DNA of 64,000 bases from Octopus vulgaris (GCA_951406725.2 OX597839.1:28520001-28584000); one strand, 5' to 3'. Shown: positions 27,213-41,029, numbered from the stretch's first letter. Made by a program: numbers and translations. The notes: generated by a model not told the origin, from the sequence alone.

Positions 27213-27285
27213 TGTCCAAACCCAGGATTGAACTCAAGACCTCTAGATCTTCAATCTAACGCCCTCTCGATGGAGCTAATTCAAG
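27213..27285 (-). pseudogene. tRNA-Phe(GAA) pseudogene or tRNA-Phe-derived SINE head
   Basis: Minus strand CTTGAATTAGCTCCATCGAGAGGGCGTTAGATTGAAGATCTAGAGGTCTTGAGTTCAATCCTGGGTTTGGACA aligns end to end with metazoan tRNA-Phe; stems broken. Confidence 0.7.
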
Positions 27286-27941
27286 TATCTGTTAACAGCC
27301 TCAGAGTTTACCATCATCAACATCATCACCATTTAATGTCCACTTTTCCACGCTTGCCTGAGTCAGGATCAGATGGACTTTGCTGAGGCAGATTTTCTAC
27401 AGCCAAAAACCCCTTCCTGTTGCCAACCCTGATTTGTTTCCCAAGCAAGGGAACATTTACCCAACGGCCAGACATGTTTTCATGAAAGACTGGAAATGAA
27501 CAACCTCACCTATATAACGGTGAACAAGGCTTGAAATTTGCAAGGAGGGGGATAATCGATTACATCGACCCCCAGCACTTAACTGGTACTTATTTTATCG
27601 ACTCCAAAAGGATGAAAAGCAAAGTTGATCTTTGCTGAATTTGAACTCAGAACACAGCAATGGACGACATGCTGCCAAGCATTCTGGCAGCTCACCACCT
27701 TAACAATAGTATTAATAATAATAATAATCCTTTCTACTATAGGCACAAGGCCTGAAATGTTGGAGGAGGGGACAACTCGATTACATCGACCCCCAGTGTT
27801 CCACTGGTACTTCATTTATCGACCCCGAAAGGATGAAAGGCGAAATGAACCTCGGAAGAATTTGAAATCGGAACATAGCAGCAGGCAAAATACCGCTAAG
27901 CATTTCACCCAGCATGCTAACGATTCTGCCAGCTTGCCACC

Positions 27942-27983
<42 letters not shown>

Positions 27984-27986
<3 letters not shown>

Positions 27987-28543
27987 GCCCTGATGCAGTA
28001 CCAGGCAGTGGCTCTCATGGCTTCTGATCTTAACTGATTGGAAGTGTTATCATGCACATTGTTTTGTCTTGGTATAAAAGATGGGCCACAGCAAATATTC
28101 TGCTCAATACCACAGATTTGCTTGTCAGTTATTTGACCTTAACCACTTGAGCGTGTCCCTTAGTGGCTGACGATATGTGCATCTCTGATCACGAGCAGAA
28201 GTATTTGGGGAGCATCATAGCCATGTGTTGAGAGGAATTCTTTGGGGTTTGAATAATTCACCTCTGGAAACATGGGTGGTTCTTTCAACATCCTTAAACA
28301 ACCCTTATTCAGGGACCGTTTTGAGCGGGAAGGGCTACTCAACCTGAAGAAATTTCTAACTGGGCCCCACCTGCAAGGTCATATGCTGTTTATCTTGATA
28401 TGAGATCACCATGTCGCACACATATGGTTGTGATGCATGTGCCTGGTGTACCCTTATCAGACGGGTAGTCATGATGGGTATACTGGGCTTCGTATATTTT
28501 ACCCCAGTGTCACTTTGATGGCATGAACTGCTCTCTCACTCAA
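27984..28543 (+). repeat. (AAT)n-bounded interspersed repeat family E
   Basis: Shared end ...GTCACTTTGATGGCATG.ACTGCTCTCTCACTC(AAT)n; truncated copies at 47077-47262 and 48255-48484. Confidence 0.8.
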
Positions 28544-29290
28544 TAATAATAATAATAATGTGATGATCCTAACTTACACAGCTGCAAATTTGCAAGAAGG
28601 GACTATAATTGCTTAAACTCTAGTTATTGACTGATACTTAATACTACTACGCCACCACAAGGATACTACTACTACTACTAATACTCTACTGCCACCACCA
28701 CCAGAATAACAAAAGGCAAAGTTGACTTCGGCAAGGTTTGGACTCACAGTATAAAAGTGCATAATTGAATACCACAGGTCATTTTGCCTGGCACTCTACT
28801 GATTCTGCCACAGACCACCTCCAATACCGAATACATTACAGTCATCACAAGCAGTCTTCGGTTGGATTCCACAGTCCCCAGATGCAGACTACAAACGACA
28901 TTTTCCTTCTGCACTTAACCATCAAGAGTTGAGTCCACTTCATTCCAAGGAGGCACTTGAGTAAGGCATAAATCATAATGTACTGTTAAGAAGTGGAAGC
29001 AACTGGAGAAACGCACACAAGTATTTCATTGGTTGATTGTACTGGATATCATCATCATCATCATTTAATGTCAGTTTCCATGACGACACAGGTTGGACGG
29101 TTTGACTGGAGTTGGCCAGCTGTAGAATTGCATCAGGCTCTATTGTCCGTCTTAGCATGGTTTCTACAGCTGGATGCCCTCCCAAACACCAACCACTTTA
29201 CAGTGTGTACTGGGTGCTTTTTACGTTAACACCAGCATGGGTGATTTTTACAAGGCTCCGTCACAGGTGCTTTTTATATGTGGCACTGGT

Positions 29291-29650
29291 GGTACAAGGA
29301 CAAAATCCTTGGCAATCAATATCCCCCAGGATGTTCTTTCTTTACAATAAAAATATTTTAGGAAAGTGAAATTTTATTTTTAAAAAATCTAAAATATTTA
29401 TTAGTTGATATTTTTATTTATAATTTGTTAGGGGATGTGGATTTTGTCCTGGGGTGGGATTTTGTCCTGGGGTGGATTTTGTCCTGGGGTGGATTTTGTC
29501 CTGGAGTGGGATTTTATCCTGGGGTGGGATTTTGTCCTGGGGTGGGATTTTGTCCAGGGGTGGGATTTTGTCCAGGGGTGGATTTTGTTCAGGGGTGGAT
29601 TTTGTCCTGGGGTGGGATTTTGCCCTGGGGTGGGATTTTGCCCTGATACT
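29291..29650. mobile_element. MULE-like non-autonomous element with an expanded 17-18-bp subterminal repeat
   Basis: Ends GGTACAAGGACAAAATCC / GGATTTTGCCCTGATACT; flanks GGCACTGGT and GGCACTGTC look like a diverged 9-bp TSD. Confidence 0.55.
29432..29645. repeat. Minisatellite (GGGGTGGGATTTTGTCCT)n, about 12 copies of 17-18 bp
   Basis: Direct tandem repeats read from the sequence. Confidence 0.95.
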
Positions 29651-29918
29651 GGCACTGTCATTTTAACATCTATTTTTCCATGCTTGTACAAGTCAGAGAA
29701 GAGTATATTGGCGGGCAGAGCTTTCTACAGCCAGAGCCTCCTTCCAGTGGCCAAACCCCCATTTGTTTCCAAAGTCAGATATTAATTAATACTTCCCTCG
29801 TCTATTGAACAGCAAACAATTTGGACCCTGGACATGTTTTACGCAGACAAAAGGGAAACAAGCAAACACTGGATGAATGAGTCTTTGGTTTGCAAAGATA
29901 GCACAATCTGTCTGGATA

Positions 29919-30140
29919 CAGTAATCCCTTGCCATATCATGGTTCACCGATCACAGTTTATTATTTAAGCCTACGTTGATTCCTCCGTGGTTTTGTTTTG
30001 AATTTATAATAAAATGAATGTATACAAATTATAAAAATAATTTTAAAAAATATATATACAGTACTGTTTCTATTTCACAGGTTTTCCCCTGTCGTGGGGG
30101 GTTTTGGAATGTAACACCCACAACAGTCAAGGGATTCCTG
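29919..30140. mobile_element. Tigger/pogo-like MITE
   Basis: TA-CAGTAATCCCTTG ... CAAGGGATTCCTG-TA. Confidence 0.7.
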
Positions 30141-32477
30141 TATATTAAGAAGCCTGGACATGCTTTTGTCATAGACTACAAACAAATGACACTGTTAGCA
30201 AAGCCATTGTTTAGAATCAGCAGATATTGTTTATGTGAAAATACAAACTCATTCATACAAATACACACACATACATACATAAATATTTGTGTGTGTGTGT
30301 GTGTGAAGGCACATTGCCTAATGGGAAGGGTACCGCATTCATGATTGCCAGGTTGTGGGTTCAATTCCTGGGCTTAGCAGTGCTTCGTGTTCTTGAGCAA
30401 AACACTTCATATCATGTTGCTCCAGTCCACTCAGCTGTAAATGGTGAACCCTGTGACCGAATAGCCTTCCAATCAGGGGCAATGTTGGCCAGCTTACCTA
30501 CTCAGCAGGGTGTGGCATCATTCAAATGCTAAAACGATGTGAAGCGCATTGTGACCACAATGTATAACAGCATCCAATGGTCTGGTCAATCATCACATGC
30601 TACACACACACACACACACACAGAGTCTTCTTTCAGTTTCCATCTAATACAAGACTTTGATCAGATAGAAGGCTATAGTGAAGACACTTGTCCAAGGTGC
30701 CAGACTGAACACAAAACCAGAGTTGGGAATCAAACTTCATGACCATACACAGCCATACCTGCACCTATAACCTCTATACCACAACAAAATATATTTCATT
30801 GGTTGGCAGGAGTGGCTGTGTGGTAAGAAGCTTGCTTACCAACCACATGGTTCCGGGTTCAGTCCCACTGCGTGGCACCTCGGGCAAGTGTCTTCTACTA
30901 TAGCCTCGGGTCGACCAAAGCCGTGTTAGTAGAGTTGGTAGACGGAAACTGGAAGAAGCCCGTCGTATATATGTGTTATCCCTTACGTTGAAAGACTTCA
31001 GGTCACTGTTGATACCGTTTCTTTGAACACTTCAATACATTAACCACCACGGATTCTTCCTAGAACTTCCCAGTGATGCCATGTATTTCTTGTGGTCAGA
31101 CAGCCATACAGTTTCATTACAAGGAAACGTAGTCTTTCGGCATTTTTATAATATTTCATAATTAAACTTTAATATTTAGCTCTCATGTTATTTAAATATT
31201 CTTGAAGCCATGACAAAGATACAGGATCAAGTATTTTCTCCAAATTTTGAAAATGTGCTGCTGGTGGGGCATAAAAGGTGGTTGTGTGAAGTTTGTGATG
31301 AATCACCAGTAGTACATGAGTCTGTTAACGTGTTAAAAACCTAATGCTAACTATTTAGAAAGTGACCTCTCTTCAGCCCCCCCCAGTTCCCACAAGTATG
31401 CTGCTGGGGGGTGGGGGGTCAAACCTACATAACCTTTACCATCTGAGAACCCTCCTAATTTCTGTCAGGAGTTGCAACCAACAGGTATTGTTTTAAGGCG
31501 GCGAACTGGCAGAAACGTTAGCACGCCGGGTGAAATGCTTCGCGATATTTCGTCTGCCGTTACGTTCTGGGTTCAAATTCTGCCAAGGTCGACTTTGCCT
31601 TTCATCCTTTCGGGGTCGATAAATTAAGTACCAGTTACACACTGGGGTCGATGTAATCGACTTAATACCTATGTCTGTCCTTGTTTGTCCCCTCTGTGTT
31701 TAGCCCCTTGTGGGTAATAAAGAAATAGGTATTGTTTTAAGGGTCACTTTTCCGTGTTTGCATGAGCAGAGTTAGATAGAATTTGTTGAGGCGGGCCTTC
31801 TTTCAGCCAAATGCCCTTCCTGTCACCAACCTTTGTCTATTCCCAAATAGTAGTAGCATGGGGGGAGGGGGCATGTGCTGTAAAAAGTGTGTCACTGCAT
31901 TCACCATTTGTTGGTGGCTCCCTCTGACTCTTGGCAGATGACACCTTTGTGACAACCCTCCAACGCATGGGTCTGTTTGGGTAGTTGTTGCTGGTAAGGG
32001 TTTTACAAGATTGGAGTGCAAACCCTACCTCAATTTCTTTTAGTTGCCTTTTACAATACGCAGAGGAAACATTGGATCTACTCTTTGGCATGCTGGTCCT
32101 CACACAGCACTAGAGCAATATGAAATTCAGTGTTTTCCTGAAGAATGCAACATGCCATCCGCCCCAGGAATCAAACCCACAATCTGGCGATTGCGAATAC
32201 AACACTCGAACCACTAAGCCATGCACCTAGGTGATAATTCTACATTTTCATGAAAGACCAGAAACAAACGACACTGCTTGTATGAGGGTGACACTCATTT
32301 ACAACTACCACACACTTTCAAGATGAGGAGGTACAAACACACACAGATATCTACCAAATCCACTCACAATGCTTTGGTCAGCCCAAATAGACTTGGCAAA
32401 GTGCTCCAGCATGGCCAAAACTTATTGGCTGGAACCAGTATGAAAAATAAAAAATTAAGCTTAGAAGGAATTCTTAC

Positions 32478-32594
32478 CTGTTTTTCTAAATCTTTTATTT
32501 TATCATCAGATTCTTGAACCTTGCTTTTCAGAAGTTTTATTTCTTCCTCCAACGGAAGAACCACAGATTTCAATATTTCGGCATCTTCTTGGGC
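32478..32594 (-). CDS. RABEP1: Rabaptin-5 exon (AQEDAEILKSVVLPLEEEIKLLKSKVQESDDKIKDLEKQ), phase 0-0, 117 nt
   Basis: TTTAG|GCC acceptor, CAG|GTAAGA donor; resembles the rabaptin-5 AQEDAEKLRSVVMPMEKEI coiled-coil segment. Confidence 0.93.
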
Positions 32595-32944
32595 CTAAAT
32601 TATAATTTTAAAATAAATAGATAAATAAAAATTACATTGGAAAACTAACGACAAAAACAATGAAAAAAAAACGAAAAAAAAACACAAGTTATAAATTGAT
32701 CCAAGAAAATACAAGAAAATACTTGAGACAATTTTATGTTGACCCTTTGAAGATCGAACAATTGCAAATATGTTGATGACAAAGGATGTTCTTGGTTGAA
32801 AATGCTCCATAGGCCCCACCAGCAACCGTGTGGTTTCAGGTTCTGTCCTACTGTGCAGCACCTTGATCAAGTGGCTTCTGTTATAACCTCAGGCCAGTCA
32901 ATGTCACACGAGTGAATTTGGAGGACAGAAACTGGGTGTATGCC

Positions 32945-33295
32945 TATCTGTGTGTGTTCATGTGTCACTGTGTGCGTGAGTGTGTGTGTTTCTGTGTCTG
33001 TCTGTGTGTGTGTGTCCGTATCTGTGTGTACCTGTGTGTGTGTGTCTGTGTGTGTCTGTGTGTATGTATGCATGTGTGTGTGTGTATGCGTGTGTGTGTG
33101 TCTGTGTCTCTGTGTGTGTCTGCATGTGTGTGTGTGTGTGTGCATGTGTGTCTGTGTGCGTGTATGTGTCTGTGTGTGTGTATGTGTCTATGTGTGTTTA
33201 TGTGTCTATGTGTGTGTCAGTTTCTCTGTGTGTGCGCGTGCCTGTGTGTGTGTGCACATTCCTGTGTGTGTGTGTGTGCATGCCTCTGTGTGCAT
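32945..33295. repeat. Degenerate (TG)n microsatellite; similar tracts at 6087-6298, 14130-14340 and 38840-38890
   Basis: Read directly from the sequence. Confidence 0.95.
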
Positions 33296-34275
33296 ATACA
33301 TATCCTTGACAATTAGCCTTTGAACATTCAGATTGTAATCCTTATTGATTCACATTATTCTGAATTTATCCTGCATTATCTCAAAGCTTTGAGATTTGGA
33401 TTAAGTGACTGTATATTTTTTAAACTAACATTGTAGGGTAGGTGTGAGAGGCTGGATATGGCCACTTTGAACATAAATCATGAAGAATATATTGGCTGGA
33501 GAGGGCTGGTTTAAATGTTGAAGGGTTAAGTTGCTTCTACTCATCTCATTTACAAGAGTCAATGAGACTGCTGCTACAGAGGTAGTTGACATGCTAGAAA
33601 TAACAGTCAAATCTCCTTCCATTCACACCTTTACTATCATGGTTCTAAGACAGTGTCCTGCAAGAAGGATCTAAGAATGCCACAGATTTTTTTTTTTTTT
33701 AATATAATTTCACCCTTTTGTTTTGTTACTAGACTTCTGTTGAGACCTGCTGCCTTTCTTTCAATTAATTTTGGAAATATGAAGAATTTAATATAATAAA
33801 TTTTGTCATTATTAAATAAATGAGAAGTGGCAATGGATTGGCAGAAATGTCAGAATCGTTAGCACGCCGGGCGAAATGCGTAGCCGTATTCCGTCTGCCG
33901 TTACGTTCTGAGTTCAAATTCCACCGAGGTCGACTTTGCCTTTCATCCTTTCGGGGTAGATAAATTAAGTACCAGTTACACACTGGGGTTGATGTAATCG
34001 ACTTAACCCTATTGTCTATCCTTGTTTGTTCTCTCTGTGTTTAGCCCCTTGTGGGTAGTAAAGAAATAGAAATGTCAGAGCATCAGACAAAATATATATT
34101 CACACACAATCATTATCATTTAACATTCATTTTCCCTGCTGGTGGCATGGAATATGGACAGCTTCACAGGATCTGGCAAGCTGCTAGGCCACATCAAGCT
34201 CCAAAATCAGCTTTGGCATGGTTTCTATGGTCAGATGCCCTTCCTAATGCAAACCACTTTACAGAGTATATTAAA

Positions 34276-34641
34276 CCTTTTCAAACTCCACCCGTCTAAC
34301 ACCCGTGGACATATTTACAAAGTCAGAAAACAGCACAGCTCCCATGACTTTCGGAAACATTTTTTCACGCTGAGAGTTGCTGAAGCATGGAACAAACTGC
34401 CGGCATCAGTTGTTAGTTGTCAGAGCACTGCATCCTTCAAAACTTCCATGCTTCCTGAGATTCGCCAACACTACACCTGATTTTCTCCCCTCCATACACA
34501 CACAAGCATGTATCTGACTCATACATTGTTCGCTTTCCAGACATTTTTACATTACTGCATGTGCTTTATACGCACTCTCTGACAAGTTGTGGTGCACCTG
34601 AGCACTGTATACAATAATTTCATTATTATCATCATTATTAT
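34276..34641 (+). mobile_element. CR1-clade LINE 3' fragment
   Basis: TRGHIYKVRKQHSSHDFRKHFFTLRVAEAWNKLPASVV...FK ORF2 C-terminus, then 3' UTR and a (TTA)n tail. Confidence 0.8.
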
Positions 34642-34736
34642 ATAAGTGCTTATTGGGTAACCTCATGAGGTGACCAAGTAACAGGGGAAAAGGTGAAGTG
34701 GGAAGTATTTGATAAGGGCAGGTGGCTTTAGTGATT

Positions 34737-35143
34737 GCTAACAGTATCGCCCGGCATTGCTCCTTGTTTTTTGTCCCTTAAAAATAAAAACCCTGCAATC
34801 GAAAAGTCCTTAAACGTTGAAAATTTAAAAAGATAGAAAAGGAAGACACAAAAGACGATGACTTCGTGGACATACAAAAGGGACGAGATGATCATGATTG
34901 GAAAGCCTATGGAGTGACCTGGGGCTAAATAGCAACAGCAATAACTGCTGGATCTTCCAGTTTGCTATTATTCTATGCCGTGGGAATCGATGAATGTGTG
35001 TGAATAACGTTATGAGAAAGAGGAGAAAAACCACGGTCTAAGGGAGGTAATTCGTGCAAGCGCAAATTTAATGTGGATCCAATATCTCCAGGACGAAAGG
35101 ATATTGTCACGTAAATGCGTATCGATATCTCTTTATTAAAATT
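34737..35143 (-). mobile_element. Older Helitron-like element abutting the previous one
   Basis: Degenerate copy of the same 3' terminus (plus strand gctaacagtatcgcccggcattgctc at ~34737); 5' boundary uncertain. Confidence 0.5.
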
Positions 35144-35144
35144 A

Positions 35145-35514
35145 CTAGCAGTATCACCCGGCTTTGCTCGGGTTTGTTTCGACCCTTTAGAATTGGAATT
35201 TTTGAAAAGTAAAAATTTTGCATTATGTAGCTTGTTATTCTCTTTAAGTGAACATTTTTTCTGGTTGAAATACGCCGAAAAATGGTGACACAGCAGTCAA
35301 AAAATCGTAAAAAATAGGGATTTTCATAGAAAAAAAGCACCTTTTTGATGTTAACATGGTCCGATTTGAATTTTTTCTTCTACGGGAGGAAGAGCAAGCC
35401 TTCTTCTATCATACTCTCAATTTTGGTCAACTTGCGCCGCAGGGTCTTGGGGGAGATAAGTGTTAGTTGAAGGCTACCAAACCACAGACAACTTCAGCTT
35501 TATATAGAGAGAGA
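35145..35514 (-). mobile_element. Non-autonomous Helitron
   Basis: Minus strand A|TCTCTCTCTATATAAAGCTG 5' end and CCCGAGCAAAGCCGGG...CTGCTAG|T 3' end; termini match 56133-56518. Confidence 0.8.
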
Positions 35515-37399
35515 TTTGTTGGAAATTCTCAAAAGATATATTCCGGAGACTTTAAGTACTCCAATGAGATTATTAGAGCCAACCTCATTCATCAATATTT
35601 TTGGGGTCTTTTATATATACACGTCAATATGCTAATTGATGAAATGATTCCACTGGCCACTGAAACGATGGTAACCTTTAACGAAGTTATGTTACATCGT
35701 CATCTTCATCCCTTCGTCTGGCGGCATTGACACTGCTACCATGGTTACTCTCTCTTTTACTTGTTTCAGTCATTTGACTGTGGCCATGCTGGAGCACTGC
35801 CTTTTAGTCGAGCAAATCAACCCCAAGACTTATTCTTTGTAAGCCTAGTACTTATTCTATCGGTCTCTTTTGCCGAACTGCTAAGTTACAGGGACGTAAA
35901 CACACCAGCATCGGTTGTCAAGTGATATTGGGGGGGACAAACACAGACACACAAACACATACATGCACATATATATATACGACAGGCTTCTTTCAGTTTC
36001 CATCTACCAAATCCACTCACAAGGCATTGGTCAGCCCGAGGCTATAGTAGAAGACACTTGCCCAAGATGCCATGCAGTGGGACTGAACCCGGAACCATGT
36101 GGTTGGGAAGCAAGCTACTTACGTCACAGCCACTCCTACACCTACAATATATTCTTTTTTTATTCTTTTATTGTTCAACTTGTTCAACCCCACCATTCCT
36201 TCTTCTTCTAAAACTGAAGCTCCCACTGAAAACCCCAACATCAACCTCTATCCCCTTCATACATACACCATCTTCACCACCACATTCATTGCTGTGTGTC
36301 TTCTGTTCTGATGCCGAGCTTCAAGTGTTCAAACTCCAGTAGCCATCACTCAGCTATTTCAGTCATTCCACACACACACACACACACACACACGTCTACA
36401 AGGACCCGAAAAGAGATTATCTAGAGGCACTGCCCCACTGCCACCACTTTAAATAGTAAAATACATATATGAATATAAAATAAGTCACGCATCCCTAGTT
36501 CCGACCCACTAATTCTGGCCATACTAGAGCTACATGCTTGTCCAAAGTTGGATTTAGACCTTAAAAACCAGCACAAAAAAATAGAACAAATGATATATAA
36601 ACATTGCTAAACCAGTATATTTTTTAATAATAATAATAATAATCCATTCTAATACAGGTACAAGGCCTGAAATTTGTGGGAAGGGAGTAAGTCGATAAAA
36701 TTGATCCCAGAACTTGACTGGTACTTAATTTATCGACCCCGAAAGGATGAAAGGCAAAGTCGACCTCGGCGGAATTTGAACTCGGAATGTAGTGACAGGC
36801 GAAATACCGGTAAGCATTTCACCTGGTGTGTTAATGATTCTCTCATCTTACAACCTTGATAATAATAATAATAATTCAGAGGGGAAGAGTACCTTGGCTT
36901 AGAGGAGGGGGTGGGTGATTGTTTTAGTTGTTGTTAATGTAAAAAAAAAAATAATAATTGTTTAGCATATCATGTGGGGACCACTCTTTCACAATATCAA
37001 CATAGGAAGGGTTCGTTTTCTTTTTGGTGGGGACAGGGATGGATGAGAGGTTTTTGCCTCGCTAGAAATAACAGCCCAGATACCATACAATCAGACTCTA
37101 CAGATGCAACAATAAAAAAAAAGAAAATAATAAGACATCAAACTAAAATACTACATGAAGTGGTCCAAGAAGTATAAAGGAGAAAAAAAAAGGAAAAAGG
37201 TCAGATGGTCACAGCTGGAACGGTTCTTTTTCTTTCATTTTTTTTTTTTGTGGTTGTGTGGTAAGAAGCTTGCTTCCCATTCACAGGGTTCCAAGTTCAG
37301 TCCAACTGCATGGCACATTGGGCAAGCGTCTTCTATAGTTCCAGCCTGACCATATATATAAATATGAGTATATATGTCTGTGTGTGTGTGTGTATACAT

Positions 37400-37430
<31 letters not shown>

Positions 37431-37879
37431 CACACACACACGAGTGTATATATGTATACATATATACACACATACACATATATGTGTATATATATGTGTG
37501 TGTGTGTGCATGTGTGTGTGTCTGTTTGTCACCATTACCACTTGACAACCAATGTTGGTTTGTTTCCATCCCTGTAACTTAGCAGTTCAGTAAAAAAAAT
37601 TTTTTAAAGTGTCCAATACAATGAGTAGTGGGCTCAATCTATACCATTAGACCTTTCCAAGGCAGTGCCCCAGGATGGCCACAATCTAACAACTGAAACA
37701 AACAAAGCCATAAAACTGTAAATAAGACTATTCGATCGGGACAAGCCAGAGTGTTAAACAACAACAACAACAACAAAAATATACAAACAAGCAAGGATGA
37801 AGAAAAGACCCAAAACAAAATATAACCATACCAAAGAAAAGACTAAATGCCAAGATGCCTGTCATTCCAATTATATAGC

Positions 37880-37919
<40 letters not shown>

Positions 37920-38220
37920 AATTGAGATAGGGGTTGTAAATGCAACCCTCTATGGGATAACATATATCCAATATACTGCTAATGAAGTACCCAACAAAGT
38001 TAATACATAAATGTTAAGAATTGCGATGTAATCAATTCATTTACTGTATTTTATGGGCAAAGGTAAAATGATTTACCGCAAATTACTAATACAAGATAAG
38101 AAAATGGAGAAATACATCTAAATCAAATATCAATTACCAGATAATACTCAATCACATACTTTATTAAACCACCACATAAGAGACTGTAGGGTTAGATATA
38201 AAGAGCAGAACATACACATA

Positions 38221-38251
<31 letters not shown>

Positions 38252-38834
38252 TATATAATGCAATGTAGAAATTTCAGAAAAAAAACCAAAAAAACCTGTT
38301 ACTGTTGTTGATGTCGTTGCTGCAACTGGGCTGGTTTTGTTTGTTTGTTTGTTTTTGCAATTTATTTATTATTTTTTTTTAACCATTAGCTCTAAGATTC
38401 AAGATCCACCCAGGACGAAGGCGGACCGAATAGACAAGGCAAGCGAATGTCAAATAAAAATTAGATTAATTTTATTATTGTTGTTGTTGTTGTTGTTGTT
38501 GTAGTTGTTGGCAACATCTTAGAGAGCACAGACAGACTTTTTTTTTAAAGTTTTATAACTTGTTCAACGGAGATAAGTCATGAAAACAAAAAAACAAGAA
38601 AAAAAGAATTAAGTAAGGAAATAAAAACAAAACGATTATAAAAGTTCATAGGTTCTCATCAAGCTAATTACAGTGACGTAGGAATGTGTGCATGGGGTGT
38701 GTGTGTGTGTTTGTAGGGTGTGTGTGTGTGTGTGAATGTAGACCCATCAACATACAATAGACTGAATTGTCAACTTTGAACCAATAAACTATGATATATA
38801 TATGAGAGAGAGAGTACTTTATCTCCTGTTTAAA

Positions 38835-38890
<56 letters not shown>

Positions 38891-39041
38891 TGTGTGTACA
38901 CACACACAAATATATGTACACATTGTTATTTATCCGTCTTCTCTCTCTCACACATACACAAACACACACTGCAGACATACATATCACTATATTATATCAT
39001 TGTATGTTGGAAGATATACACATACACACAGCTATTTGTCC

Positions 39042-39075
<34 letters not shown>

Positions 39076-40288
39076 CTTATCATTTTAATGATTGTTAATT
39101 TCTAATTTACAGCAGAAATGGGAGGATTCCTACCTAGTATTTTTTTTTTTCTTTTAAGACCAAAAAAAAAATAATAATAATTGCTAACAAATTTTCTAAA
39201 ACCTTAGAAAAAAAACATGACACCGTTGCTGGTGATATCATGTCGGCACGGATGACAATATTACCGCCTGTTTGGCATCAGAAAGACACAAAAAAGACAT
39301 TTAACCAACAGCACCAGCACCCACAACAACAACAACAACTACACTACCTCACAGATGAAGATCCAAGCAAAGTGTGTGGCCCTTTTGACAAGCCAAGACT
39401 AGGTCTGTGGTACAAACTTACTGTTTTGAAGTGTTTTAAATTAACACCTACCATTAAAAAATTCCACGTTGATTTATGTTGCAAACATCAGCTGAATAAT
39501 GACAATTATTTCACTAAATTCTTCACCCCTTTCAAAATTACTTGAAACAATGGTAGTGTACACCAAGAGAAACATGGTAACGAAAGGGTTGAAGACCCTC
39601 ATTTCTCAAAGGCACACTGGAAGACAACGGAAGGAAGTAAAACAAAGGAAAAACTAAGAAAGGTGAGTTTTTTTTTCGTCCCTTTTTTTAAACTTTTCTT
39701 ACTGTTTACAGACGAAGAAGAGCCTCTCCCACGAAGAAGAGCCACAACTGTGACTTGTGGCAGAATCTGAGCTGGCACCAGTTGTTTTACCTTATGTTAT
39801 ACTTATTTCAGTCATTTGACTGTGCCCACGCTGGAGCACTGCAAATGAAATGTGTAGACAAATCATCCGTAGTTATTTTTTTCTTTAAGTCTGGTATTTA
39901 TCAGTCTCTTTTGTCAAACCACTAAGTTACGGGGATATAGACAGACCAACACTATTATACTCTCTCTTTACTCTTATACTTGTTTCAGTCATTTGACTGC
40001 GGCCATGCTGGAGCACCGCCTTTAGTCGAGTAAATTGACCCCAGGACTTATTCTTTGTAAGCCTAGTACTTATTTTATTGGTCCCTTTTGCCAAACCGCT
40101 AAGTTATGGGGACGTAAACTCACCAGTATCGGTTGTCAAGCGATGGTGGGGGAGATCAACACAGACACACAAACACACACACATATATATATATATACAT
40201 ATATACAACAGGCTTCTTTCAGTTTCTGTCTACCAAATCCACTCAGAAGGCTTTGGTCAGCCCGAGGCTACAGTAGAAGACACTTGCC

Positions 40289-40333
<45 letters not shown>

Positions 40334-40731
40334 GGCAGTGAGCTGACAGAATGGTTAGCATGCCAGGCAAAATGCTTAGCAGCATTTCGTCCGTTTTTAT
40401 GTTCTGAGCTCAAATTCCACCGAGGTCGACTTTGCCCTTCATCCATTCTGAGTCAATGAAATAAGTACCAGTTGAGCACTGGGGTCGATCTAATCAACTT
40501 ACCTCCTACCCCAAAATTGCTGGTCTTGTGCCAAAAATTGAAACCAATGAAATGCTTAGCGGTATTTTGTCTGTCTTTATGTTCTGAGTTCAAATTCCAA
40601 TAGGATCAACTTTGCCTTTCATCATTTTGAGGTCGATAAATTAAGCATACTGGGGTCGATCTAATCAACTACCACCCCCAAAACTTTGGACTTTATGCCT
40701 ATAGTAGAAAAGATTATTATTATCATTATTA

Positions 40732-40765
<34 letters not shown>

Positions 40766-41029
40766 GACAGTAAGCTGGCAAATTCGTTAGCATACCAGGC
40801 AAAAATGCTTAACAGTATTTCATCTGCTGCTATGTTCTAAGTTCAAATTCCGCCGAGGTCGACTTTGCCTTTCATCTTTTCGGGGTCGATTAAATAAGTA
40901 CCAATTACACACTGGTGTCAATGTAATCGGCTTAATCCCTTCCCCCAATTTTGAGGCCTTGTACATCTTCGAATAGAGGGAATTATTATTATTATTATTA
41001 TTATTGTTGTTATTATTATCATCTTTCAG

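Noticed and set aside
29425-29785. Periodic GVGFCP/GWDFVL ORFs and CRISPR-like periodicity
   Set aside because: Contiguous tandem minisatellite with no spacers and no cas genes, in eukaryotic DNA
32867-33323. CVCV/HTHT ORFs (also at 6073, 13897-14504, 37235-37582, 38664-39105)
   Set aside because: Translations of (CA/TG)n microsatellites
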